From: Anaerolineae bacterium
GTDB taxonomy: Bacteria; Chloroflexota; Anaerolineae; 4572-78; NAK82
DNA length: 53,378 nucleotides
Assembly: GCA_049969215.1 (NCBI GenBank)
Contig: JBMFPH010000002.1
Location: 1 to 53,378, forward strand
Direction: 5' to 3'
The notes below the pieces were generated by a model. The model saw only the letters and a list, made by a program, of their open reading frames with translations, had not been told where the DNA came from and did no database searches. Made by a program: the position numbers and the translations under genes. Below are positions 29,005-37,858 of the stretch, piece after piece; the first letter of the stretch is position 1; every line of letters begins with the position of its first letter.

Positions 29005-30282
29005 ATGGTAGTTGGACTGGGCAACGAGCAAGGATTTCTCACCGAAGAGCAAGTGCGCCAGTTGATGGCGCAAGCACTCGACGACATACCGTTGGATGGA
29101 CAGCGGGTCATTGTGGTGGTGCCGGACGGCACGCGTACTGCGCCCATCCCCTTGATGGTGCGCCTGCTGCACGAGCTGCTCGCCAAACGGGTCAAGGCGT
29201 TGGACTACCTGGTCGCATTGGGCACACATCAACCGATGAGCGATGCCGCGCTCAGTCGACTGGTGGGACAACCTGTCGTGGATGGCGTCTTCGGCGATTC
29301 GCGCATCTTCAATCATCGCTGGGATCGACCGGAGACCTTCACTACCCTGGGTGTGATCCCCGCCGAGCGCATCGCCGAGCTCACCGACGGTTTGTTCTCC
29401 CTGGACGTTCCGGTCAGGGTCAACCAGCTGGTGTTGGGGTACGACTATATCTTCGTGTGTGGGCCTGTCTTCCCGCACGAGGTGATCGGTTTTTCCGGCG
29501 GTAACAAGTACTTCTTCCCCGGCATCAGTGGCCCGGAGGTGATCAATTTCACCCACTGGCTGGGAGCAGTTATCACCAGCTATGAGGTAATCGGCACCCT
29601 CTATACGCCGGTGCGTGCGGTGGTGGATCAGGCCGCGGCGATGATCACGCGTCCTAAGCTGTGCTTCAGTATGGTGGTGCAGGCAGGCAGTTCCTATGAT
29701 GGCACGCTGTCAGGGTTGTTCATCGGCACGCCAGAAGAGGCATTTGTCCCGGCCGCGGAACTCTCCAGCCGAGTGCACATCCGCTGGATTGACCGCCCGT
29801 ATCAACGTGTACTAAGCGTTATGCCCACCATGTATGATGACCTCTGGACAGCCGCTAAAGGGATGTACAAGATGGAACCCGCCGTGGCTGATGGGGGCGA
29901 GGTGATCATCTACGCACCGCACATCGATGAGATCTCCTACACACATGGGCGCATCATCGACGAAATCGGCTATCACGTGCGCGACTATTTCTTGAAGCAG
30001 TGGGATCGCTTTAAGCACTATCCATGGGGCGTGCTGGCGCACTCGACGCATCTGCGCGGGATTGGCACATATGAGAACGGCATCGAACGGGCTCGCATTG
30101 CCGTCACTTTGGCAACCCGCATCCCGCCCGAACGATGCCAGCGCGTCAACCTCGGCTATCTCAACCCGGATGCCATTCGTCTGGAGGAGTGGCAAGGGCG
30201 CGAGACGGAAGGGGTTGTGGTCATTCCCAAAGCAGGCGAACTCTTGTATCGGGTGAGGCCAAACCGCAAACCCGATGCGTGA
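29005..30282 (+). CDS. LarA-like (lactate racemase domain, DUF2088) nickel-pincer-dependent racemase/epimerase homologue
   Basis: VVPDGTRTAP, ALGTHQPMS (LarA catalytic-His region), FPHEVIGFSGGNKYFFPG (His plus cofactor-tethering Lys region). Start moved from 28831 to ATG 29005 after GAAGAGG. Confidence 0.8.
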   Translation: MVVGLGNEQGFLTEEQVRQLMAQALDDIPLDGQRVIVVVPDGTRTAPIPLMVRLLHELLAKRVKALDYLVALGTHQPMSDAALSRLVGQPVVDGVFGDSRIFNHRWDRPETFTTLGVIPAERIAELTDGLFSLDVPVRVNQLVLGYDYIFVCGPVFPHEVIGFSGGNKYFFPGISGPEVINFTHWLGAVITSYEVIGTLYTPVRAVVDQAAAMITRPKLCFSMVVQAGSSYDGTLSGLFIGTPEEAFVPAAELSSRVHIRWIDRPYQRVLSVMPTMYDDLWTAAKGMYKMEPAVADGGEVIIYAPHIDEISYTHGRIIDEIGYHVRDYFLKQWDRFKHYPWGVLAHSTHLRGIGTYENGIERARIAVTLATRIPPERCQRVNLGYLNPDAIRLEEWQGRETEGVVVIPKAGELLYRVRPNRKPDA

Positions 30283-30332
30283 TGTAGTGTGTTTTAGAAA
30301 TAAGAGATAATAAGAAGGAGGAAAGACGAAGT

Positions 30333-31787
30333 ATGACAGCGCAGGCAGATATCGGATTGATCGGTCTGGCCGTGATGGGGCAGAACCTGGTCTTGAACAT
30401 GGACGATCACGGCTTTACGGTGGCGGTCTATAACCGCACCGTTTCCAAGGTGGACGAGTTCATCAACGGTAGCGCCAAAGGACGCAAGGTGATTGGCACC
30501 CATTCCATTGAAGAGCTGGTGCGTGTGCTGAAAAAGCCGCGGCGCGTGATGTTGCTCGTCAAGGCGGGACAGGCGGTGGATGACTTCATCGAGCAGCTGA
30601 TCCCGCTTCTCGAGCCGGGCGATATCATTATTGACGGCGGCAACTCGAACTTCCAGGACACGATCCGGCGCACCGCTTACGTGGAATCCAAAGGGCTGCT
30701 CTACATTGGCACCGGCATCTCCGGCGGCGAAGAGGGAGCACGCCATGGCCCGTCCATCATGCCTGGTGGTTCGCCCGCTGCCTGGCCACATGTGAAGCCT
30801 ATCTTCCAGGCAATAGCGGCCAAGGTTGAAGACGGCACGCCCTGTTGTGACTGGGTGGGCGAGAACGGCGCCGGGCATTTCGTGAAGATGGTGCATAACG
30901 GCATCGAATATGGCGATATGCAGCTGATCGGCGAGGCATACCATCTGATGAAAGAAGGCCTCGGGATGAGCGCCGATGAGATGCACCAGGTGTTCGCCGA
31001 ATGGAACCGCGGTAAGCTCGATTCCTACCTGATCCAGATCACCCGCGATATCCTCGCCTTTAAGGATGTGGACGGACAGCCCTTGGTGGACAAAATCCTC
31101 GACGCTGCCGGGCAGAAGGGTACCGGCAAGTGGACGGTGATCTCCGCGTTGGACACCGGGGTGCCGCTGACCCTCATCGCAGAAGCGGTGTTCGCGCGTT
31201 GTCTCTCCGCTCTGAAGGAGGAACGCGTGCGCGCTTCCCAGGTGTTGCGCGGCCCGTTCGGTCGCTACGATGACAACCGGGAAGCATTCGTGACGGATAT
31301 TCGTGAGGCATTGTATGCCTCGAAGATCATCTCTTACACCCAGGGCTACATGCTGATGCGCGCCGCAGCGGCGGAATATAACTGGAACCTGAATTATGGT
31401 GGCATCGCCCTGATGTGGCGCGGCGGCTGCATCATCCGCTCGGTCTTCCTTGGCGAGATCAAGGAGGCGTTCGACCGCAACCCGGAGCTCAGCAACCTGT
31501 TGCTCGATGAATATTTCAAGGAAGCGGTCGAATCGGCGCAGCCATCCTGGCGACGCGTCGTGGCGCGCGCGGCGGAGATGGGCATCCCAGTGCCGGCAAT
31601 GTCCAGTGCCTTAGCTTTCTACGATGGGTATCGTCGTGCGTGGTTGCCAGCCAATCTGCTGCAAGCGCAGCGTGACTACTTTGGCGCGCACACGTACGAA
31701 CGGGTTGACCGGCCACGTGGTGAGTTCTTCCACACCGACTGGACAGGTCACGGCGGTACTGTCACAGCAGGCACTTACAACGTCTAA
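30333..31787 (+). CDS. gnd: 6-phosphogluconate dehydrogenase (decarboxylating)
   Basis: [72 protein letters not shown]. Confidence 0.95.
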   Translation: MTAQADIGLIGLAVMGQNLVLNMDDHGFTVAVYNRTVSKVDEFINGSAKGRKVIGTHSIEELVRVLKKPRRVMLLVKAGQAVDDFIEQLIPLLEPGDIIIDGGNSNFQDTIRRTAYVESKGLLYIGTGISGGEEGARHGPSIMPGGSPAAWPHVKPIFQAIAAKVEDGTPCCDWVGENGAGHFVKMVHNGIEYGDMQLIGEAYHLMKEGLGMSADEMHQVFAEWNRGKLDSYLIQITRDILAFKDVDGQPLVDKILDAAGQKGTGKWTVISALDTGVPLTLIAEAVFARCLSALKEERVRASQVLRGPFGRYDDNREAFVTDIREALYASKIISYTQGYMLMRAAAAEYNWNLNYGGIALMWRGGCIIRSVFLGEIKEAFDRNPELSNLLLDEYFKEAVESAQPSWRRVVARAAEMGIPVPAMSSALAFYDGYRRAWLPANLLQAQRDYFGAHTYERVDRPRGEFFHTDWTGHGGTVTAGTYNV

Positions 31788-31809
31788 ATAAGATGCGGAG
31801 AGAAACGCG

Positions 31810-33102
31810 ATGGCCAAGATGAAAAACGTTGTGGTAGCTCAATCTGGAGGGCCAACTCCGGTCATCAATAGCACCTTGCGCGGCATCGTCGAGATGTGCA
31901 AGGCGATGCCAAACCATTTTGGAACGGTTTATGCCGGTCTGCACGGCATCGAGGGGGTGCTCAAGGAAGAGCTGCTCAATCTATCCGCCCAATCGGACGA
32001 GGAGATTGCCCTTTTGAGCGTTACTCCGGCAGCGGGGAGCATTGGCACGTGCCGTTACAAGCTCAAGCCAACACAACAAGAGGACTTCGAGCGCGTCGTC
32101 GAGGTTTTCAAGGCGCATAACGTGGGCTATTTCTTCTACATCGGCGGCAATGACTCGATGGACACCGCATACAAGGTGGCCAAGCTGGCGCACGAGCGCG
32201 GTCTCGACCTGGTGGCAGTGGGTGGGCCGAAGACCATCGACAATGATGTGGGAGACAGCGAGTTCAAGCTGATCGATCACACGCCGGGTTATGGCAGCGT
32301 GGCACGCTACTGGGCGTTGACCGTCCAGGGAGCGAATGAGGAAAACGCGGGTTCCTATCCGGCGGATCCGGTGTTGGTGATCCAGGCGATGGGGCGTAGG
32401 ATCGGCTTTATCCCGGCTGCCGCGCGTCTGGCAGACCCACATCGGCAGATGCCATTGCAGATCTACCTGCCTGAAAGTGGGCTGACGCTGGAACAGATGG
32501 CCGACCTAGTGAATGACGAGCTCAAACGCAGCAAGCGTTGCATTGTGGTGGTGAGCGAGGGCTTTGATGTCGGCTCCGTCGGGGAACGCAAGGATGCCTT
32601 CGGGCATATCCAGTTCTCCTCGAGCGAGACGACGGTGGAACAGGTGGTCGTCAACTATCTCAACAAGGTTGGCTTGGCAGCGCGGGGCGCGGCACGGGGT
32701 AATATCCCGGGCACGGATCAGCGCCACAACATGATCTACGCCTCGACCGTGGATATGGAAGAAGCATACAAGCTGGGGCAAAAGGCGGTGCAGATCGCCG
32801 TTGAGGATGGCTCGGGCTACATGAGCACCCTGTTGCGTGAACCTGGCCCGATTTATCGAGTACGTTATGACAAAGTGCCGCTGGAGCTGGTCGCCAACTC
32901 CGAGCGCAAGTTCCCGCGCCAATGGATCGCCGAGAACCGCATTGATGTCACGGATGAGTTTGTCGCGTATGCGCGCCCACTGATCGGCGACAATTGGCCC
33001 ACCATCCCGCTGGTGAACGGCCTGCAGCGCTTCGCTCGCCTGGAGCGCATTATGGCAGACCAGAAGCTGCCAGCGTATGTCCCTCAGGCATACCGAGGGT
33101 AG
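31810..33102 (+). CDS. 6-phosphofructokinase family protein (long form; PKTIDND suggests PPi-type)
   Basis: AQSGGPTPVINS, IGGNDSMDTA, GGPKTIDNDV. The phosphoryl-donor assignment is inferred from the Lys in PKTIDND. Confidence 0.8.
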   Translation: MAKMKNVVVAQSGGPTPVINSTLRGIVEMCKAMPNHFGTVYAGLHGIEGVLKEELLNLSAQSDEEIALLSVTPAAGSIGTCRYKLKPTQQEDFERVVEVFKAHNVGYFFYIGGNDSMDTAYKVAKLAHERGLDLVAVGGPKTIDNDVGDSEFKLIDHTPGYGSVARYWALTVQGANEENAGSYPADPVLVIQAMGRRIGFIPAAARLADPHRQMPLQIYLPESGLTLEQMADLVNDELKRSKRCIVVVSEGFDVGSVGERKDAFGHIQFSSSETTVEQVVVNYLNKVGLAARGAARGNIPGTDQRHNMIYASTVDMEEAYKLGQKAVQIAVEDGSGYMSTLLREPGPIYRVRYDKVPLELVANSERKFPRQWIAENRIDVTDEFVAYARPLIGDNWPTIPLVNGLQRFARLERIMADQKLPAYVPQAYRG

Positions 33103-33107
33103 CTGGC

Positions 33108-34685
33108 ATGGTGCATCTGAAAGAACAGCTCAACACTCCAACGCCGGTGGATCCGCTGCCGCCTGATCAGGCGGCAGCGCTTTCCGCCGAACTAGGACGC
33201 CTTGCCGATATGGCTGTCTATGTGCGTTCCCTGGTCATCCGGGAGGGGATGATCTACTTCCTGGGCAAGCGCGGCGGTGCGCGTTACTTGGGCATCATCC
33301 GCGTGGGTGGCCCTTTGCCGGGGTTCATCGGGGCAGAGTCGACTGTCTCAGTTGACGGAATGGCGGCATCCTTGCAGGTGTGTCCGGCGAATGCAGCCAA
33401 TGCCCAGGCGTTACGCGCACAGCTGCCTTTTCTCGCGCCTCAGGCGGTGGGATTGCGCAAGTCGGTCGGGTGTGGCGACCGCCTGGGGATTGCCACACCA
33501 GGGCATGTGCGCGCGGTGCGCCGCGGCACCATGTATCCCATCTTCGCTCAGCAATCCATCCGTGAAATGACGCGCACCGGGCGCACACCGCAGCAGGTGC
33601 TGGATGATGCAACGTGGGGGGTCTTCCAGGAAGGCTGGCGCGATGGATACAGTGCCGATGCTGATCACCTGAAGACCATCGAGGACATCGAACAGTGTGT
33701 CTCTGCCGGCTTTGTCCTCTACACCTTCGATCCCGGAGAGTACGTCGATGACCAGGCGGCCACGCAGGATGCCGACACGTTGCGCACTAAGGTGGAACAG
33801 CTGCCGTGGCACGAGATGGACATTTCCTGGCCCGACTTGCGGTGTCATTATCTGGGCCGCACGATGGACGCGGGCGATTTCGCCATCACGTTTGACGAGC
33901 TTACCCTGCTCCACGCGGTGGCTAAGTATGCGCGTGCGGTGATACATACAACGCAGCTCTACCGCTATCTCGTCGGTCGGCTGGGTGGCACCGGTCGGAC
34001 GTATGAGTTGGAAGTCTCCGTGGATGAGACGACAACACCCACCTCGCCAGCGGAACACTACTTCGTTGCCAATGAGCTCAAGCGGTTAGGCGTGCAAATG
34101 GTGAGTCTGGCGCCGCGCTTCGTGGGGCGCTTCGAGAAGGGCGTGGACTACATCGGCGATGTTGCCGCGTTTGAGCAGCAATTACGCGTCCACGTTGCCA
34201 TCGCCCGCGCGCTGGGCCCCTATAAGATCAGCTTCCACTCGGGATCGGACAAGTTTGCGCTGTACCCAATCGCCGCGCGCGTGGCGGGTGACCTGGTCCA
34301 TCTCAAGACGGCCGGCACCAGCTACCTGGAGGCATTACGCGTCGTGGCGCGCGTGCATCCCTCCCTGTTCCGCGAGATTCTCGCCTTCGCGCTGGAACGC
34401 TATGCCACCGACCGTCAATCCTACCATGTATCGGCGGATCTCAGCCGGGTCTCCGCAGCGATCCGTTCCATGGACGACCAGGCGCTCTCGAGCTTCTTGG
34501 ACACTTTCGACGGTCGCCAGGTGCTGCACGTCACTTTCGGTTCGGTGCTGACGGCACGGGATGGCGGCCAGGGTGAGGCGTATCGCTTCCGTGACCGATT
34601 GCTCGCCGCGCTGCAAGAGCATGAGGAGATGTACTACCAGGTGCTAGAAGAACATTTTGCACGCCATATTTTGCCCTTCAGCTGA
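33108..34685 (+). CDS. uxaE: UxaE family tagaturonate/fructuronate epimerase-like protein
   Basis: Blocks recalled from Thermotoga UxaE: GDRLGIATPGHVRA, PIFAQQSIREMTRTGRT, VLDDATWGVFQEG, ADADHLKT, EVSVDETTTPTSP, KISFHSGSDKF, HLKTAGTSYLEA. Start at ATG 33108, not 32994. Confidence 0.75.
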   Translation: MVHLKEQLNTPTPVDPLPPDQAAALSAELGRLADMAVYVRSLVIREGMIYFLGKRGGARYLGIIRVGGPLPGFIGAESTVSVDGMAASLQVCPANAANAQALRAQLPFLAPQAVGLRKSVGCGDRLGIATPGHVRAVRRGTMYPIFAQQSIREMTRTGRTPQQVLDDATWGVFQEGWRDGYSADADHLKTIEDIEQCVSAGFVLYTFDPGEYVDDQAATQDADTLRTKVEQLPWHEMDISWPDLRCHYLGRTMDAGDFAITFDELTLLHAVAKYARAVIHTTQLYRYLVGRLGGTGRTYELEVSVDETTTPTSPAEHYFVANELKRLGVQMVSLAPRFVGRFEKGVDYIGDVAAFEQQLRVHVAIARALGPYKISFHSGSDKFALYPIAARVAGDLVHLKTAGTSYLEALRVVARVHPSLFREILAFALERYATDRQSYHVSADLSRVSAAIRSMDDQALSSFLDTFDGRQVLHVTFGSVLTARDGGQGEAYRFRDRLLAALQEHEEMYYQVLEEHFARHILPFS

Positions 34686-34688
34686 GAC

Positions 34689-35831
34689 GTGCACGTACTG
34701 CTCCTGGAACCTTACCTGGGCGGTTCCCATGCCGCCTGGGTGAAAGGGTATGTCGCATATAGTCGGCACGAGGTGACCGCTCTGACACTGCCAGGGTGCT
34801 TCTGGAAGTGGCGCATGCACGGTGGAGCGGTCACCTTGGCGCGTCAGTTCCTCGCATTGGCGCAGGTGCCGGATTGCATCCTGGTGACCGACATGTTGGA
34901 TTTGACCACCTTTCTGGCACTCACCCGTTCGTGCACGTGGCAAGTTCCCGCCGCCGTGTATTTCCACGAGAATCAGATGAGCTACCCCTGGGCAGCGCAC
35001 GACCGGGACAGGGCTAAGGGACACGATGTGCACTATGGTTTCATCAACTACATCAGCGCTCTGGCGGCAGATGCCATCTTCTTCAACTCGGCCTATCACC
35101 GCGAATCGTTCTTCACGGAGCTGCCACGCCTGTTGAAACACTTTCCCGATTATAACGAGTTGGACACCATCGCCGCGTTGCGGGCAAAGAGCGCTGTGTT
35201 ACCGCTGGGGCTGAACCTGACGCGCCTGGATGCCTTCCGACCATCTGCGCGCGAGAGGCCAAGCCATCCGCCGGTCATTCTGTGGAATCATCGTTGGGAA
35301 TACGATAAGAACCCGGGCGAGTTCTTTACGGCACTTTACGTGCTCATCGAACGGGGACTGGATTTTCGGGTGGTGATTTTGGGCGAATGCCCTCGGGAAC
35401 AGCCGGTCGAGTTCCTCGAAGCACAGGCACGCCTGGGTGAACGAGTGCTCCACATGGGCTATGTTGCCGCTTTCGAGGAGTATGCGCGCTGGCTATGGCA
35501 TGCGGACATCTTGCCGGTCACGTCTCATCACGATTTCTTCGGCAGCAGCGTGGTGGAGGCCATCTATTGCGGCTGCTTCCCCTTGTTGCCTGATCGGTTG
35601 AGCTATCCGGAACTGATCCCACACGCCTATCACCCCATGTGCCTCTACCGCGATCTCGCCGATCTGGTGGAGCGGTTATCTTGCCTTATCACGTGCACTT
35701 CGTGGCCTGCCGTGATGCCCTTACAGTCGTATGTCGCTCGTTTCGATTGGCACGTGATGGCGCCGCAGTACGATGACCGGCTTGAAATGCTCTGCCGCTC
35801 TCCAGGCGGATCGCGTACTATTGCAGCGTAG
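34689..35831 (+). CDS. DUF3524 + GT4-type glycosyltransferase (GTDC1 / tRNA-queuosine mannosyltransferase-like)
   Basis: N-terminus MHVLLLEPYLGGSHAAWVKGY...FWKWRMHGGA is typical of DUF3524, with a GT-B C-terminal half. GTG start 3 nt after the uxaE-like stop. Confidence 0.7.
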   Translation: MHVLLLEPYLGGSHAAWVKGYVAYSRHEVTALTLPGCFWKWRMHGGAVTLARQFLALAQVPDCILVTDMLDLTTFLALTRSCTWQVPAAVYFHENQMSYPWAAHDRDRAKGHDVHYGFINYISALAADAIFFNSAYHRESFFTELPRLLKHFPDYNELDTIAALRAKSAVLPLGLNLTRLDAFRPSARERPSHPPVILWNHRWEYDKNPGEFFTALYVLIERGLDFRVVILGECPREQPVEFLEAQARLGERVLHMGYVAAFEEYARWLWHADILPVTSHHDFFGSSVVEAIYCGCFPLLPDRLSYPELIPHAYHPMCLYRDLADLVERLSCLITCTSWPAVMPLQSYVARFDWHVMAPQYDDRLEMLCRSPGGSRTIAA

Positions 35832-35924
35832 CTCAAGCGAAGGGGCTTTTCGGGCGGGTTTTTCGAGATGATGGCAAGGCAGGGTGTATCCATCCGAGCC
35901 GCGCACATCCGTAAGCGGCTGTGG

Positions 35925-35959
35925 CACTGCTCCCGCACGGTCGCGGCGCGGGAGCAGTG
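35925..35959 (+). terminator. GC-rich hairpin downstream of the operon (candidate terminator, weak U-tract)
   Basis: CACTGCTCCCGC (35925-35936) pairs with GCGGGAGCAGTG (35948-35959) across an 11-nt loop. Followed by GACTTTCGTGC. Confidence 0.35.
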
Positions 35960-35967
35960 GACTTTCG

Positions 35968-35976
35968 TGCTATAAT
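35968..35976 (+). promoter_or_regulatory. extended -10 element upstream of mntA/hepT
   Basis: TGcTATAAT at 35968-35976, about 27 nt before GTG 36003. Confidence 0.35.
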
Positions 35977-36002
35977 TCTTATACTCATGCGATGGCGGAT
36001 AG

Positions 36003-36527
36003 GTGACGGAAGAGATGGACTTGAGCCAACACTTAGAAGCGCTGAAGCGCTATTTCGCCTCTCTGGACGATGTCGTTCTGGCTTATCTGTTTGGGTCTCA
36101 TGCGCGGGGCCAAGCTGGACCGCTCAGTGATGTGGACTTCGCGGTGTTGCTGGCAGGTCGTCCCAACGAGGATCACTGTTTTGACATGCGCCTGGAACTG
36201 ATTGGGGGATTAATGGGGCTGTTGCACACCAACGAGGTGGATGTGCTGATCCTCAATCAGGCGTCCCCAGCATTACGCTATGCCGTGTTGCGTGATGGCA
36301 TTTTGATCTTCTGCCGCGATGCACAAGCGAGAATTGAATTTCGCGTGCGTACCATCAACGAGTACTTGGACTTGAAGCCAATGCTGAAGCGTCACGGAGA
36401 CGCCATCCTGGAGAAAGCGCGGAAAGGAGAATTGCTGCGTGGACACGACCCCTATCAAGGCGCGCTTGAGCGTTATCGCCAACTGCGTGAAATCTTTGAA
36501 GAAACTGGGCACACTGACTTACGATGA
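36003..36527 (+). CDS. mntA: MntA-type nucleotidyltransferase antitoxin (type VII TA)
   Basis: Minimal nucleotidyltransferase motif LFGSHARGQAGPLSDVDFAVL. Start is GTG 36003 or ATG 36015. The 3' end runs 89 nt into hepT. Confidence 0.75.
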   Translation: MTEEMDLSQHLEALKRYFASLDDVVLAYLFGSHARGQAGPLSDVDFAVLLAGRPNEDHCFDMRLELIGGLMGLLHTNEVDVLILNQASPALRYAVLRDGILIFCRDAQARIEFRVRTINEYLDLKPMLKRHGDAILEKARKGELLRGHDPYQGALERYRQLREIFEETGHTDLR

Positions 36528-36867
36528 ATTTGCCCGTGAACACATCCTTGTCAGCGCAGCGGAACGAGACCTGCAAGTAGCCATTCAAGCCACTCTCGAT
36601 GTTGCCAGTATGATCCTGGCCGACCAGACAACCACATTGCCCAAGGAGTACAAGGACTTCTTTCCCGCGCTGGCTGAAATCGGCGTCTTGCCGGCAGACT
36701 TTGCCCAGAAACTGGTGGGCATGGCCAAATTCCGCAACATCCTGGTACATCTCTATATAGACGTCGATCTAAGGCGCCTCTATCGTTATCTGCAAGAGAA
36801 CTTGAGCGACTTCGAGGCCTTTGCCCATTATGTGAGTGAGTGGATCACAACTCACAACGAGGATTGA
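36439..36867 (+). CDS. hepT: HepT-type (DUF86) RNase toxin (type VII TA)
   Basis: RX4HXY motif FRNILVHLY. GTG start preceded by GGAAAGGAG (36421-36429). Confidence 0.8.
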   Translation: MDTTPIKARLSVIANCVKSLKKLGTLTYDEFAREHILVSAAERDLQVAIQATLDVASMILADQTTTLPKEYKDFFPALAEIGVLPADFAQKLVGMAKFRNILVHLYIDVDLRRLYRYLQENLSDFEAFAHYVSEWITTHNED

Positions 36868-37053
36868 CCCCATCCAGCTTTAGATCCGAGCATTATACCC
36901 TCTTGCTCCAGACTCCCTCAATACTAACACAACTCTAACAAGCCGTTTGCGATTTTCTAATATACAGTAGATACAATGAAGACAGGCTTTGGAAAACAGG
37001 GATGAGCAGATTAGCTAAATGTCTAGAGTTATCCTATAACAGGAGGTGATACT

Positions 37054-37515
37054 ATGGCAAGCGTCATTCGGTGGGATCCGTTCCGCGACTTTGTATCTCT
37101 GCGCCAGGCGATGGATCGCTTGTTCGAGGATACCTTCTTCCGGTACGCGCGTGAGGCCGACGAAACAGGCCACGCTGCAACTCTGCCCATCGATCTCTAT
37201 GAGACCTCCGAGGCGCTCGTGGTCAAGACCCGTCTGCCCGGTGTGAACCCGGAGGACGTGGAAGTTAACATTCAGGGGGACAACCTGACCATTCGGGCAG
37301 AGCTGCGCAGCGATGCCGCTTTGGAGGATGCCAAGAACTGGACCTGGTATCGTCATGAATTGTACCATGGGCCAGTGGTGCGCAGCATCTCGCTGCCTAC
37401 CATGATCCAGACCGACAAGGTGGAGGCAACCTTCCGCAACGGCGAGCTGTCGCTGACGTTGCCCAAGGCCGAGGAGGTCAAGCCGCGCAGCATCAAGGTC
37501 AAGACGGTGCGCTAA
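37054..37515 (+). CDS. Hsp20/alpha-crystallin family small heat-shock protein
   Basis: WDPFRDFVSLRQAMDRLFED N-terminus, alpha-crystallin domain ending NGELSLTLPK. RBS AGGAGGTG. Confidence 0.9.
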   Translation: MASVIRWDPFRDFVSLRQAMDRLFEDTFFRYAREADETGHAATLPIDLYETSEALVVKTRLPGVNPEDVEVNIQGDNLTIRAELRSDAALEDAKNWTWYRHELYHGPVVRSISLPTMIQTDKVEATFRNGELSLTLPKAEEVKPRSIKVKTVR

Positions 37516-37585
37516 AGCTCCGAAATAAGACCCACATCTTAAAGTGGTGTACTCCGCATTATCGACGCACCACCACCCGATCCGT

Positions 37586-37617
37586 AGGTGCCTCAGTCTC
37601 CTCTGAGGCACCTTTTT
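37586..37617 (+). terminator. intrinsic terminator after hsp20
   Basis: AGGTGCCTCAG-tctcct-CTGAGGCACCT (11-bp perfect stem) followed by TTTTT. Confidence 0.8.
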
Positions 37618-37858
37618 CATCTCTTAGGCGGGAGTTGCCAGAACCTTCATTTCAGTCTCTTGTGAGAGAATGGGCCGGGAAAGAGAGGGTTTTTGACCCT
37701 CCATCCCGACAAGACGACCATTCTTGACACCCCATATTGTCAGGTATAAACTCCTGATCACGCTCGCATAGCCGCCACATAGCAAACAGAGCACAATGCA
37801 CATAGGCGAACGACCGGACTACGCGTGGTCAATCGCAGAGATCTGCTCTAAATAGCAA

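Noticed and set aside
36868-37053. CIRCE/HAIR-type heat-shock operator upstream of hsp20
   Set aside because: No TTAGCACTC-N9-GAGTGCTAA or comparable inverted repeat is present, only a loose TTAGCTAAATGTCTAGAG. No convincing promoter was found either.
37677-37707. Hairpin GGGA..GAGGGT-ttttg-ACCCTC..TCCC between the hsp20 terminator and the cyclodeaminase promoter region
   Set aside because: No flanking U-tract, no associated ORF, and no resemblance to THF or ZTP riboswitch cores despite the folate-related downstream genes.
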